Source of the DNA: the human T2T-CHM13v2.0 reference genome, Homo sapiens
DNA length: 64,000 nucleotides
Reading direction: 5' to 3' (one strand)
Assembly (NCBI RefSeq): GCF_009914755.1
Contig: NC_060925.1
Positions 19,366 through 36,077 of the stretch are shown here, piece by piece. The notes beneath the pieces are model-generated. The model did not search any database. It had not been told where the DNA came from and worked only from the letters and a program-made list of their open reading frames with translations. The translations under genes and the position numbers were made by a program. The first letter of the stretch is position 1. Every line of letters starts with the position of its first letter.

Positions 19366-22300
19366 GCATTTAAAAATCTTTGCTCTTTGCCACTCTATGG
19401 AGGTGAAATAACTCAGGACTCAGAGAGATAGGACTTGTGAAGGTCACACAGAGCTGGAACTTGACTGCAAGTCACTGGCCTTCTGGCCCAGAGGTGGTCC
19501 CACCATCCTCTGCTTAGCGTAACCAGTGAGACTTCAGGAAAACCAGAGAAAGGCTAGAAATGGTCTTTAGGGAGTGGAGAGCTGGGAAGAAGGGTTTGGT
19601 TGGTGTTCCCAGAGCCCCTGGAAAGTTGTTTCATCTCTCTGGGCCCAGCACAAGGCCTGCATGGGAGAAGTGGCATTGAATATTGGGGGTGATGGCAGTG
19701 AGGTTGGCAGGGACCTGGGTGCAGTTGGGCTGGAGTGCTCCTGCCTTTGAGGCTGACCCAGACTGCAGATGAGGTCCTTCCTTCCTGCAGGGCAGCCCTG
19801 CTGGAGGCCCCTTCTTTCTGGCCTGTCCAATAGTGAGTAGTCCTGGCCCAGGCTACATGGTCCTTTGTTTGACCAGGCCAGCCTGGGTGTCTTCTCTCAA
19901 CCCAGCCCAGGAAGGCTAAGGGTCTGGAAACCCCCACCCTGTCTGCTTCTTCCACAGTGCCTGGTAGGTATTCCAAGATTCCCGGTGCACCTGCCATACT
20001 TGAGGGATGCCTGGCTGCTCATGATTGAGAGCTCACCCTTCTTGGTGGCCAGCGCCTCTCCACTAGGAAAGCTCTTGAGTTTCAGATCAGATGCAGGCCC
20101 TCTTTGCCAAGCCCTGTTCACTACAATTACATTGTATTTCCTTGGGAACATGCACTCGACATCTGTCAGTTCAATTTCCAACCTGTCCCCCATCCTCCTC
20201 ACCCTGCCGTGCTGGTTCCTTTTCCTTGGGGAAGCAAGGGGAGGCATTTGGGGAGGACACCCCTCTGCTTCCATGCTGCTTGACTCTAGGACAATTGGCC
20301 GAAGTTATTCCTGGAGATGTAGGCAGACATTGGGAAGAACTTCCTGACCAACGGGCTTAGAAACTGAAACGAGTGGGAGGAAGATGGTGAATTCATTGGC
20401 CCTGGAGACATTCTATGGGGCCTGTGTGGGGAGGCTTAAGAGGCTGTTTTAGATGGAGGTAGGTCACCTTTCAGGGGCCCTAGTCCTAAGCCCAGCTGCA
20501 GGCCTCAAGTCCATGCTCATTCCTTTGTTTGACAAATATTGGTCGAGCATCTGCTCGGTGCTGGGCATTCACTGGGTTCTGGAGAGCAGGGAACAAGAGA
20601 CACAGTGCCTGTCCATCCCCAGTCAGGAACAAGTGACCAGAAAACCTCAAGATAGTGCATTGTCAGTGCTGTGATAGACAAAGAATCGGGTCCAGACACC
20701 TCACCTGGTCTAGAGGGGATGGGGGAAGACTTCTTGGAAGAGGAGAGGTCTCTGCTCAGGCTGGAAAAAGGGGGAGATGGTGAACAGAGCAAGAGCTGGA
20801 CTCTAAAATCTCGGGACCTGTGTGCCATCGAGGTACACCCCAAAGCTCAGCTGGGGCAGCATCAATGAGCCTTTCATTTATTTATGTATTTATGTATTTA
20901 TTTATTTATTTATTTTTAAGTGGATAGCCCAATAAAGAGAAAAATAAAATCGGCAGATCACACGAATATCCAGTAGCCAGGTAGACATCCCTGTCAATTC
21001 GACATATTTAGCTCAGTGCTTGGCACACAGTAGGACCTCCACAAACATTTGTTAGAGGAACAAGATATTTGGTCAGTCTGGAATTCAGTATTCTCGCTGG
21101 CCCTCTTTCTCCTCCAAACCTGCAACCTGTCTCAGCTTAGAGCCCTGCCAGGAGAGGATCAGCTGCCAAACCAACCCAAGTCATGTATTTACTAGGCCTC
21201 GCTCCAAAGCCATGTCCTACAAAGAAGTAAAAACAGTGACAACAATGTGCACCGAGGGCTTCCCAAGTGCAGGCACCGTTCTCATCGCCTTACCCGCGTT
21301 GCCCCCCTTAATCCTCACAAATGCCATATGAGATGGGCACTGCCATGATGTCATTTTACAGGTGAGGAAATGGGAGCACAGAGAAGTTACGTGCCTCACT
21401 CGAGGTCACACAGCTGGTACATGGTTGATGGAAGAAATCACATTCTGTGTAGCTACAGGGTGTCAGGCATTGTTGGGCCTTTAATTCTTAGCATAAGAGA
21501 AGCAGGTATCAATCTTCCCCTTTTACAAATGAGAAAAACCAAAGCTCAGAGTTAAGTATTAATAACTTGCCCAGCCTGGAAGCTGCTCCTCTGGAATTTG
21601 GCTCCCAAAACAGTGCTCTTCTCCGCCCTGCACCCCATCAGCACCCCAGAACCTTTCCTGAACTGGTGTGCAAACAGCTGCACCCTGGCGAGCTCTGGGA
21701 GGGAACCAGCTCCAGGAGGCGAGCTGGCCCAGTACTTGCCAGCAGGATTTATGTCCTGTCCAAGGAGGACAGTTTGGCTGCTGTATGAAAGGCTGAGCAG
21801 AGCTCCAAGATGGAACTGATTTCCATTAAACGATCGCAAATGTCAGGCAGCACGGCCTGGGAGCTCCTTCTGCACGCACCCAGGCGGCTGGAGGCCAGGC
21901 CGCCTATAACAAGCATGCCCACTGACCTCATGGTTACTCCTAATGCAATTAGAGCCCACTAAGAGACAGAAGGTTCCAACACGGAGCCTGAGCAGCATGC
22001 TCTCCAGGGCACGCAGCAGCGCCTCCCGCCTGAGAGACGGCACTGGGACAGAGGGTGTTGTTCTAATGAACTGAATGAGATCCATTCCAATGCAGATGGA
22101 TGAAGAAATTACCTGCAGATGTGACTATGCACAACCATTGTGACTGTCCAAGCTGTCACGCAGGCTCGGAGAGTCAGGGCCTCATGGAGCAGGGTTCCTC
22201 CCATGCAGCCCCCTGTCTCTGGGCAAGGCAGACTTGTGCCAGTCTGGGCTGATGAGTGACTGCTGTCTCGCTTAGGCCTCCCGGCCATCAGTGCTTCTCG

Positions 22301-22780
22301 GGCCTGTGTTGTCCAGAGGCTCAGCTGATAGAATGTGACTCCCCAGGGGTCCTGGCTAATGGCCTTAGAAGGGCTTCTGCAGGGGAACCCGGGAAGCTGC
22401 CAGTGGTCCTCTGTGCACACTCCAGCGGGGCTGAGTCCTCCTCCATCTGCACTGCAAAGCCCTTTCCTTGGGTCTTTGAGTCCCCATGCATTTTTGGATT
22501 GTATAAAACCAGATAACACATTTTTTTAAAGACAGCTATAGAAAAGCTTCCCACATCGAAGACACAGGATCCATCAGAACATTGACTGATTGATTGATTG
22601 ATTGATTCATTCATTCATTCATTCATTCCAGCACCCACAAGGCTCCAAACTGTTCCTGGCTGGGACAGAAAAGAGGAGCAAACCTGGCCCCTGTCCTGGA
22701 GGAGCCAGGGAAAGGAGATGGAAGTATAAATAGCCAGTTACCCGAAAGTGGGATGGGCTATTATACTGGAGTGTATGATA

Positions 22781-22977
22781 CAGTAAGTCCTTACTTAACA
22801 TCATCAATTTGTTCTTGGAAACTGACATTAAGCAAAACAATATATAACAAAACCAATATTTTCTTCATGGACATTGAATGAAACAAAATGCTGTTATTTG
22901 AGGACCTGCTGTATGTTGTTTCCCTTAAAGTCACAGTTTCCAAGAACCTACAAACAACGTTAAGTGAGGATTTACTG
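22781..22977. mobile_element. TcMar-Tigger-type MITE (MER6-like)
   Basis: TIRs cagtaagtccttacttaac / gttaagtgaggatttactg; TA target duplication at 22779-80 and 22978-79. Confidence 0.85.
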
Positions 22978-24316
22978 TACTCTGGGGACTCGGATGAGGG
23001 AGGTGACTTGACATGGTGGTCAAGGAAGACTTCATAGAGGAGGTGATGTTTAAACTGAAAGGTGAACGGAACCTCCCCAGATGGATGAAGGGAGAAGGCA
23101 TCCCCAGCGAGAGATCCCCCGTGACAAAGGCATGGGGCAGAGGAGGGCATATTGCAGAGCAGGGGAAGATGAGGGGCTCAGGGGCTCACGAGGGGCCTTG
23201 GACACCAGGCTGAAGACCCAGGGAACCTCTGAAGGTCTTCTGGGGCAAGAGGACAACATGGCTCGATTTCCATGTCAGAGCAATCCTCTTGGCAGAGGGT
23301 GTACTGGAGGGAGAGAGGTTGGAGGCAGAGGCCAGCAATTGTCCAGGCAGGGAGAAGGGAGAGGAAAGGGCAGATTCATGAGATGTTTGGACAGTACCAC
23401 CATCTTGGGGACTTCTATGCTGGGATGGGATGTAGTGGGGAGTGGTGAGGAGGCAAAAAAGAAGAAAGAGTCCAGAACCATGAGGCTGGTGGGTGAGAGG
23501 AAGCCCACATGGGGATGGGCAAAATGATCCTGCTCCAGGCATGGCTGCCCAGTGGTTAGGATTCAGGGAGCCAGGACATCCGTGTTATGATCCCGGCTGC
23601 TTCCCGAAGCGTTGTGAGAGCTCCTCTTCTCCACTGGGCACCTGTTTCCCCACAACAAGTCAGAAAGCTCATTCCCACACTTCTTCCATCCATCTCCTCC
23701 CAGCATGGAGAAGATAACTGGGAAACATTTGGGGAAGATGTGAGGAGCTCTTTGGATTTTCTGAGCCCACCAGGTTCATGATGGGTGAGGGACAGAAAGT
23801 CCCAAACCCAGGCTTGCTGTTGAGCCCAGCATCTTTCTCATCCAGCATCCTTAGGGGCCTTTCCCTACCTTCCCCACCCCTGGAGCCTCCGCGCCACCCT
23901 GGTATCCCTGGGCAAATGACCTTGCCTCTTAACTGCCACCCCAAAGACACTCCCACCCTTCAAACTCACTGTCAGGTTTCCGTCCTTCCCTGCCCTGGTC
24001 CTAAGCCAGCCTCTCCACCTGTGCTCGGGCACTCTGTGCCATCAACCATCCCTTCTCATACTGCTGTCTTCTGCGCCTCAGCCGACAGAACAGGGTCCTG
24101 TCTCCTCCATTCCAAATTGCCCCCTGCATCTGCTTCAAGCTACTGCCTTCTTCCTTTCCCTCTTAAAGGGCTTTCTACATGCATCACTTCCATATCCTCA
24201 TCTCTTTCACCCTTCAACCCACTGCAAACTAGCTGCTGTGCCCCCACTTCCAAGAAACTCTTCTTACAGAGGCCACAGCCTGTATGGACCTGTCCTCATC
24301 CTACATGTCCTCTCTT

Positions 24317-24650
24317 CACCTTTATCACCTCAAAACCTTCCTTCCTTCCTTCCTTCTTTCTTTCCTTCCTTCCTTCCCTCCCTCTGCACCTTTATCACCT
24401 CAAACCCTTCCTTCCTTCCTTCTTTCTTTCCTTCCTTCCTTCCTTCCCTCCCTCTGCACCTTTATCACCTCAAACCCTTCCTTCCTTCCTTCTTTCCTTC
24501 CTTACTTCCCTCCCTCTGTACCTTTATCACCTCAAACCCTTCCTTCCTTTCTTCCTTCCCTCCCTCCCTCCTTCCTTCTTTCCTTCCTTCCTTTCTCCCT
24601 CCCTCCCTCCCTCCCCTCCTCCCTTTCTTCCTTCCTCTGTCTCCTTCCTT
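24317..24650. repeat. Composite minisatellite: four copies of ACCTTTATCACCTCAAA separated by (CCTT/CTTT)n
   Basis: Cores at ~24317, 24387, 24457 and 24519 (periods 70, 70, 62), then a pyrimidine tail. Confidence 0.93.
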
Positions 24651-25268
24651 GGCTCCTGCCCCCCAGTACCTGCTGGTTCTCCTCTCACCCTCTCTGCCGT
24701 CTCCTTGGGCAACATCATGCAGGTTGGGCTTCCCCGGTAAAGCCCCTCGGAAGCCTCTCCTTCTCTCTGCACACATTCTCCCGAAGCTTGATCCTCACTC
24801 CAGCCCTGACTTCTCTAGTGGCCTCCAAACCCATCTAAGAAGCCAGCAGATGTCCTCCACCCCATGTCTCATATTCTGTCTCCCCCACCCACCCATCCCC
24901 CACCTGTCCCCTGCCTTGTTCAACAGCCAGCAAACTGGAGCCATCTGCCTTTACTCTCCCTACATCCAATGTATCACCAGGTCCTGCCAATTCAACCTTC
25001 CAGATATCTCTGGGATCGACTTCTCTCCATCTCCACTGTCATCACCATAACCTGGTCTGGTATCTCACATCTGGACAGCCTCCCAGTCTCTCTGCCTGAA
25101 ATCCTCCTCCTCTAGGTCCCTGCAGATCTGGTCTCTGCCTTCCCCTCTGACCTCATCTGCTTCCATCCCTTTCTCTCTTCATTCTAGTCCTCCTGCCTTC
25201 CTGCACTTCCCTGAATATACCAAGCTGGTCCCACCCCCGGACTCTCTGGAAGGCTCTCCTGCCAGATC

Positions 25269-26330
<1,062 letters not shown>

Positions 26331-26373
26331 ACCAGATCCACACGTCCCCGTTATTCACTTCATTTAGGTCTAA

Positions 26374-26786
<413 letters not shown>

Positions 26787-26967
26787 TGCATGGTCTTTAT
26801 AGAACTTATTACCATCTGAAATTGTTTTCTTGTTAATTTATTTTGTTCCTCCCCACTAGAATGCAAGCTCCATGAGGACAAAACCCAGATTCTTTTGTTC
26901 ACCTTGGAACCCAACATAGTGCCTGACACACAGTGTCAAAGATCTTTAAATGAATGAATTGTATCAA

Positions 26968-27168
26968 AGCAGCTGTTCTCAGCCATTGCTCTCTATTAGA
27001 ATCACTTGTGAGGGAGGGAGGGGATTTTTAAATTCCTGCATCCCAGCCAATTAAACCAGAGCCAATTAAACCAGAATCTCAGGGGGTGAACCTGAGTCTA
27101 CCCAGTCATCAGTGTTTTATAAAGTTCCCCAAATGATTTCAATGCGTAGCCGAGAAAAGAACCACTGG
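26968..27168. mobile_element. MER5-family hAT MITE with internal 15-bp tandem duplication
   Basis: Ends cagctgttctc / gaaccactg; attagaatcac and cagaatctc motifs; agccaattaaaccag x2 at 27045-27074. Confidence 0.75.
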
Positions 27169-27981
27169 TCTAGATTCTTAAATCCTCACTGATGGAGAGA
27201 CTGTTTATTCCTCACTGGACCAGAGTTACACAGGATATAAATAAGGACAACTCTGTCTTGCTGGACCAGGCAGCCAGGCCCAAGGGCAACTGGACGGAGG
27301 AAGCTATTCAGCTCTCTGTGGGTGAGAACTACCCTCCTTGGTCCCAGGCTGTGGATCAAAGAGATGGGATGGGCCGCTTGCACAGATGGCACTGGTTATT
27401 CTCTCAAACACGTCTGCACGGCTTGCCGCACTGGGAGCATTTTCCCCCTTGCTGTGATGCAGGATTCTGGAGCTTTGGAGACTTGCAGGGAACAATGATG
27501 ATTTCAGTGGACAGAGATAGAAATGATGCAGGTCCCCAGACTCCCCTAGGCAAGGAGGAGGCTCACGTTGCTGGCCTGGGCGCTGAAGTGTAGCCAGGAA
27601 TTGACACACCTGTGCTCCCACCTGGGCAATGCTTCCTGCACTAAGCGATCACCAGAACTCCCCAGAAAGTCTGGAGTCAGCCACCGTCCAACCCAAAGCA
27701 GCTCTTAAGGCTAAGATACCTAGTGGGAATTCCTGATTCCAAGCAAAAGAAGAAAATTCACCCAGCACTGTGCCAGGTGCTTTTCACACATGGGTTCATT
27801 TCATCACAGTGGTTCTGAGAGGGGAATAATGGTGTCCATTGCACAGGAGAAGAAACTGAGGCACAGAGACGGTAGGTGATTTGCCTAGAGTCCTATCAGA
27901 GTTAAAATCTCAGATTGGCTATGTGACCTTTGAGAAGTCATTTGACCCCCACACCCCCCAAAGCAGCATCCTTGTCTGTAA

Positions 27982-28473
<492 letters not shown>

Positions 28474-29612
28474 TCTGATTTCAAGCTCTTTTACGTGCAT
28501 TAGCCCATTTCATTTTTGCAGCAGCTGTATGTTGAAACCTTTGCCTACCCGCCCTCTTTGTTTGATGAAGACCCTGGGGTCTAGAGAGGTCAAGTCACAC
28601 GCTCAGGTCCCACCGGAGTGGCACAGCTGAGTCAGGAACTCTGATGTCCCGACTCCCTGCCCAGGACCTTCACCACACAGCAGCAGCCACAGAGGGCTGT
28701 GGCTTACCTTGGCCTCAAGGAGAGGTTACACCCTGGGTTCTCTGGGAAGGAGGGAGGCGGGGAAGCCTGAGGTGGGAGGGGATGCTGAGAGGAGGGTGGA
28801 GCCGTGTCCTTGATGTGGTGGCTGGGCCTCCGTCAGGGCTGTCGCCACAGTCCCAGGGTTTGGCTCGAACAGTAACCACCATTTCCGCCAGTGTGGCAAT
28901 GCCGGGTGGATCTAGGTCCGCCAGCCTTGCCAGGGAACCCAAGCCAGGCGGTCTGGGAAAGGGAGGATGCTCTGCCCAGCCTGGCCTGTGGGTCTTTGCT
29001 GCTGGGATGGGGTCATCTTCTGCCTTGTTTCACTTCCATCAGCCAGCCTAGCTCTTAGGTGGCCAGTGACTACACCCTCAGCCCAGCTGGCACCTGACAG
29101 AGGAGGAAATGGGCCTCAATCCCAAGTCCTCCTCCAGGGGGAGGATAAAACCTATAATTAATTAAGAACCTACTGGGTGCTGGGCTTCATCCTCTGTGGT
29201 TTGAATGAATTAGTTCATTTCATTTTCAAAATAGCTCAGTGAGTCGGGTCTTCTTATACTCATCTTACAGGTAAGAGCGGCAAAACACAAGGCCCACATC
29301 CTAGGTGGGTGGAGACAGGATTTTGCCGAAGCTCACAATCTTTCTAGGATACCGCAGCTTTACAGGAGGCCATGGCTATCAGCAGCCAGCCAGCTCTGTC
29401 AGAGACCACTGCCACCCCTTGCACCATCCCACTGGGTAGAGCAGAGCCCACCTTCTCCACGCCATGCAGCTGCAAAGGCCCCTGCACCATTTCTACCACT
29501 TGGGTCAATTCCCAAATGGGGCTGAGCCCCTTGCTGAGCTGGTAGGGATATAAGAATGGATAAGAAAAAAATAAAATCCTGCAGGAGCTGGATTTAAATT
29601 TAAAAAAAAATA

Positions 29613-29895
29613 GGCCGAGTGTGGTGGCTCACGCCTATAATTCCAGAGCTTTGAGAGGCCAAGGTAGGCAGATTTCTTTTATTTATTTATTTAGTTAGTT
29701 ATGAGATGGAGCCTCACTATGTTGCCCTGCCTGGTCTCAAACTCCTGGGCTTAAGCGATCTGCCCGCCTCGGTCTCTCAAAGTGCTGGGATTACAGATGT
29801 GAGCCAAAGCACCAAGCCCAGCTCAGGTGGATCTCCTGAGCCCAGGAGTTCAAGACCAGCCTGGACAACATGGTGAAACCCTGACTCTACATTTT
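29613..29895. mobile_element. Sense FLAM/Alu monomer interrupted by an antisense FLAM
   Basis: (+) 29613-29672, (-) 29673-29818, (+) resumes 29819-29895. Confidence 0.8.
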
Positions 29896-30462
29896 TTAAA
29901 AAAATTAAAAATTAAGTGTTAAAGGGAAGTACAAGTACTGTGCTGAGAAAGGAAGGGTTATTTTCATCTAGGGGTGTAAGAAGAGATAACAAAAAGGAGA
30001 TGGTGTCTGAGTGGGGCTTGGAAAAATAAGAAAGTGGGTCTCTTTCCCGTAGCAGGAAACAATGTCTTGCCTTTGAGGTGGAGGTGGCAGTTAGGGGATG
30101 TTTTCTCTAGCAAAGACCCCAGCTCCTCCATAAGAGCAGGCAGCTTCTTCCAGGCAGAGTGCATTGACTAGAAATCTTTTCTGGAAAATGATAAGAAGGG
30201 GCCAGGAGCAGCTGCAGATGACTTAGGGAGTTGGGACTGACAGGCACCTCTTTAGGGCCTGTGGAGATACTGTCACGTAATAGGGATTGCCTGTAGCCAG
30301 AAGAGTGGATAACAGGGAGCCTTTGGGAGGGGGACAAGGCCAGAGGCCTCAATGACGGGTAACTAACCTGCTCTGCAAAGGCTCAAACTTCAACTTGGAG
30401 AAGAAAGGGTCTGTCCACAGTGCTGGGGCAGCTACAAGCAGTAGGACCAGAGAGAAGCTGGG

Positions 30463-30608
30463 CAGAACTGGCAACATAATTTGCAGGGCCCAGTGCCAAA
30501 GGAAAATCATTCGAAAACTGTTTAGAATTTCGAGAGTGACAGCAGAGCATGAAACCAACCTTGGGAACCCTTGTAAGTGTGGGTCACAGGCACATGAAGC
30601 CAGCCCTG
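30463..30608 (-). mobile_element. MER45A-like hAT-Tip100 MITE
   Basis: acataatttgcagggcccagtgc...acagcagagcatgaaaccaa...catgaagccagccctg. Confidence 0.75.
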
Positions 30609-33600
30609 AAGTGTGGGCTAGGGAAAGCAAGCAGGGGATAAGGCCACAGGAAGGGCAGCCACAGGAGCCTTCTGACCTAATGGTCTGATCAAAATGAAGA
30701 GAACCCATAAACACAGGTGGGTAATCCTGAGACACAGCCAGGGCCACACTCAACCATTCCTAGTTGCACCACTGAGGCCTTTGTAGCTCTCCCAATGACC
30801 CAGTCCACCCCAGCCAAACAGCATTCTCCAAGAGTCCAGGTCTCGCCCTATTTGGAGGACAGAGGGCATTTAAATTTCATCTCTCTGTGTTGGGGGAGCT
30901 CTAAATGCTGGGAAAAGATGTCATGCCTGGAGACCATCTGGGGAAAAGGCCTCCGGAGCTGTTTCTTTAATTTACAGAACTGACAACTGAGGGTAGGGGC
31001 CTTTGGCAAGTACAAAGGGTGATGGCCCAGAAAAGAATCAAAGTATTAATAACGGGCTCGGCTGGCACTGGCCTCCTGTCCCCCGCCCTGGGGTTCATGT
31101 GGCAGGGAAGCCTGATGTCTCTGTTTCAACAGTGGGATCAAAACTGGCTTTCAGAGCAACATAAGCCAGGGGTAATTTTTAGCACAGACGTAACTTTCTA
31201 GTTCCTTTTTCCTACCCCTCATTTTTCGGTTGCCTTTAAAGAGGCCGCAGAGAACTGAAAAACAAATCCAAGTTTAAAGAGACAAGTGCAAAAATGCAAA
31301 CTGGGCAAGGGGACAGAGCCGCCAGCTGGACAAAATGTGCCTGGAAAACAGCATCCTCTGCTTGGCAGGTGCCAGGAATTTATGGTTGAGTTTTGCAGAC
31401 GTTTCATCACATTACAAGCCAGCTCAGGAGACCCTCATAAAACTCTGCTTATATGAAAGAACAAACTAGCTGATAAAAGTCAGCTGTTGCCTATAAACGC
31501 ACTGTGGGAATTGCAATTGAGTAGCGGATTTATTAGTCTGGGCTCTCTGTGCAAATTAAGAACTGCTCCACACGTTTCAATCAGAAGAGATGAGCCAGAG
31601 CAGAAAGGGTTGCTCCCCGCTCACATGATGGCCAGCAGGGCAGGCTGACCCCCACCCCCATCACTTACTCTACTAGAGACCAGAGGGAAGACTCTCACTG
31701 AAATTAAGTCACAGAGGAGCTAGTCTCACATTCCCCTATCTCGCCTCCCACAAAAACCCACAAAAACAATCAGTCACTCTCTCCATCCACTGCATTCCCC
31801 ACACATCCTTCACAATAGCACTTCTCACGAAGAGCTTGCAGATCTGCCTGGCCTACTAAATCATGGACTTCTTTGATTTACCTCTGTATTGCTAATGATG
31901 AGTTCTGTGCTGGGCACACTGGGAGGCCTCAGAATGAATGGATATGGATGCGACAGACTCTAAAGCCCCATATACATAAGTTATGACTATCCCACCCCAA
32001 ACAGCATGGAGGGGCCAGGGGAGCAATGCCGAGGTACCCATTGGACTTGAGGACTGGCAACAAAAAGGGGAAAAGAGGTGCAGTGAGGGAGTTATGAAGG
32101 CGTTTCTTCCCCAGAGAAGTGCGGTCTTTGTGGCTAGTCTACCCAGCCATCAATCTCTGTGCTAACTGCTGCCTTTTCTCAGGATGAAGGCTCTTTCTTA
32201 AGGAATGACTCTGCAACTGAACTAAGGGTACTTATTAAGGATGCAGATATCTAGCCCCTCCCCACACATACTAGACCAGAATCTCTGGGCTGGGGCCCTA
32301 CAGTCTCGGAAAAATGACTTTGCTCTACGTGGAAACCAAGAAGGAGCCTTCCAGGAAGGATGGGGAGGAGGACAGTGCCTGGAAGGGGTACCCCTGTCAT
32401 TCCTTCAGAATCACTGGCTTTCTCCTACCAGGCCCTGGCATCAAAGGCAAAAGTGTAGGACTCTGGTAGACCACGCCAGGATTTGCTCCAACCCTCTTGG
32501 CTATGGGGTCAGAAGGAAGGGTAACTGGCAAGGTTGCGGCTGTCCTGGAAGAGGCTTGGATACTTCATGTGCCACGGCCAAGTTGGATGGAGGTAGCTCT
32601 GCACTGCAGGATCCATGTCCTGTGCAGGGCTGGGTATCAGAAAACCTCACCCTTGTTACAGCTGAGTAGATGTTAGGCATGCTCTTGCCTTCTGTGGCAG
32701 AAAGGCAACAGTGATGTGGGGGAAAGCACCTTTCACTGGAACCAAGCAAGCCCTGGTGCAAATTCTGGCAACATTACTGACAAGCTGTGGGCATTTAGAA
32801 AGCTTACCAGGTCTCTGTCTCGGTCTCCTCATCTACCTAATGGAAGTAAGCATACTTGTTTCAATTCTCGTTGAGGGTTTAGAAAGATATTAAAGAGCCT
32901 AGCACAGAGCTATACACTTAGTGAGTGACTAATAAAGCTTAAGTGAATTTCAATCCCTTAAATGCTCACAAATGTACCCAAAGCCCTCACTATCTCCTCT
33001 CGCTTAAACCTTACAACCCTGTAAGGACATATCATCACTTCCACTATACAGATGAGGAAATAGACTTAGAGGAAATTACTTGCCCAAGATCACACAGCTG
33101 GCTAAAGGCTGAGCCTGAGACTTGAACCCAGGTCTAGGTTCCTTCCTTCCCCTCATCCCCAAACCTGCTCCCTGAAATGTGCACTCTTCCTCCCTTCTCA
33201 TAGGGAAATGGAATTATAAATGATCCAGTGTTTGAGCAGGTTGGGAAGGTACCTGGCTTCTCGTCCCAATTAAAGTCTGGTGTAATACAGTCCCCATAAA
33301 GCCCAGGCTCTCCTTGGGCAAGCAGGAGACCTTCTCTTTAGGGCCCAGGCACCCCAGCACCTTGAGACAACACTTACTCTGAGAGAAGAATCTGAAGGTC
33401 AGTTTCTAGATGTGGATGGGGAGGGACAGGATAGAGGGAAACCAAAATTCTTCATTTCATCCCAAGACTGTCTTACACTGACAGAGAAAGGGGTTCTGAC
33501 CCAGCTGAGGGAAAACAGAACAGAACTCACATTGGTGTCTTCATCCATAAGCCAGTGGCATACATAAAGGAGGAGCACCAGAAGTATTCCCAGTGTGGTG

Positions 33601-33989
33601 ACTCTCCCTGAATTCGTTTATCAATTTAGTGATTCTAGTAAAAAATACTGACAATTTATTTTTTGTTGTTGGAAGGTGATGGGGTTAGCTAAATGGAAAA
33701 TTCCAGGTGGTGGAGGGGAGGCCTAATGAACAAGAGTGGGAGTACAGGCGGGTTGCTACTATAAAAACCAATAGGTATTAAGACTTTGGAAACAAATGTC
33801 CACCCTAAGGAGCTATTTTAAGTAAATTATGGTTTACCCACACAACAGAAATCTATGCAACTGTTTAAAACAATGTAAGGAAGCTCTTTATATAGAATGA
33901 ACTCCAAGATACGGTAAGAAAGAACAAGGTGCAAAAGTGGGTATATGGTATGTTAGCATTTATATAAAAATGAAGGGAGGTTTTTTTGT

Positions 33990-34822
<833 letters not shown>

Positions 34823-34904
34823 TCACACAGGCATAGTATTTTTGGAAAGATACACTAGAAACATTCAATATTGGTTGCCTTCAGGGAAGGGAATTGGGAA
34901 ACTC

Positions 34905-35464
<560 letters not shown>

Positions 35465-36077
35465 TTAACAGACACAAAGCTAAGAGGGAACAAAATAAAA
35501 ACAATACTTAAATACTATATAGTTATTACTGAGCACCATAAACGTGCTTGTTTCTACTTAGCCATTACTTGCTTCTATGAGGGAGGTTTAAAAACCTCTT
35601 TATTACACATGCATACACATAAGCGAGCATCTCCCACTTGTAGAGCAAAATACAAACGCTTGAGCTGGGACTCATAATCCTCTTCACAATTTGGTTCCAG
35701 TCCACCCTTACTGACCCACTTCCTGCCATCCTTCTATCCATCTGTGAACTTGTTATTTGTGATACTGAACTATTATTTGCCAGTTGTGGAGGGTAAAGGC
35801 AACAAGCACAATGCCTGGCACACAGCTAGCTTTCGTCAAGTGTTGGCTTCCATCCTGCCTCAAACATGGCCTTTGTTTAGATTATCCCCTGTGCATGGAA
35901 TGCCCCGCACCCCTCTCCTAGCCCCAGGTAAAATTCCCTTCAAGGCCTACCTCAAATGTCACTGTCATCAAGAAGGAGTTCCACAGGCAATTAGTTATCA
36001 TCTCTATTCTCCCACAGCACCTGTTTTTACCTTAACTATAACACTTTTATTATTGTATTACAACTTAAGTCTCTGCA

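Noticed and set aside
24317-24560. CRISPR-like repeat/spacer appearance
   Set aside because: Spacers are near-identical pyrimidine microsatellites, the context is human and there are no cas genes; it is a minisatellite.
23778-25050. Longest ORFs in the window (320 aa, 270 aa)
   Set aside because: Open only because the pyrimidine repeat lacks stops; low-complexity P/S/F/L translation.
27192-27593. 133-aa ATG ORF in unique sequence
   Set aside because: No recognisable homology, promoter or splice context; length compatible with chance. A tblastn/PhyloCSF check would settle it.
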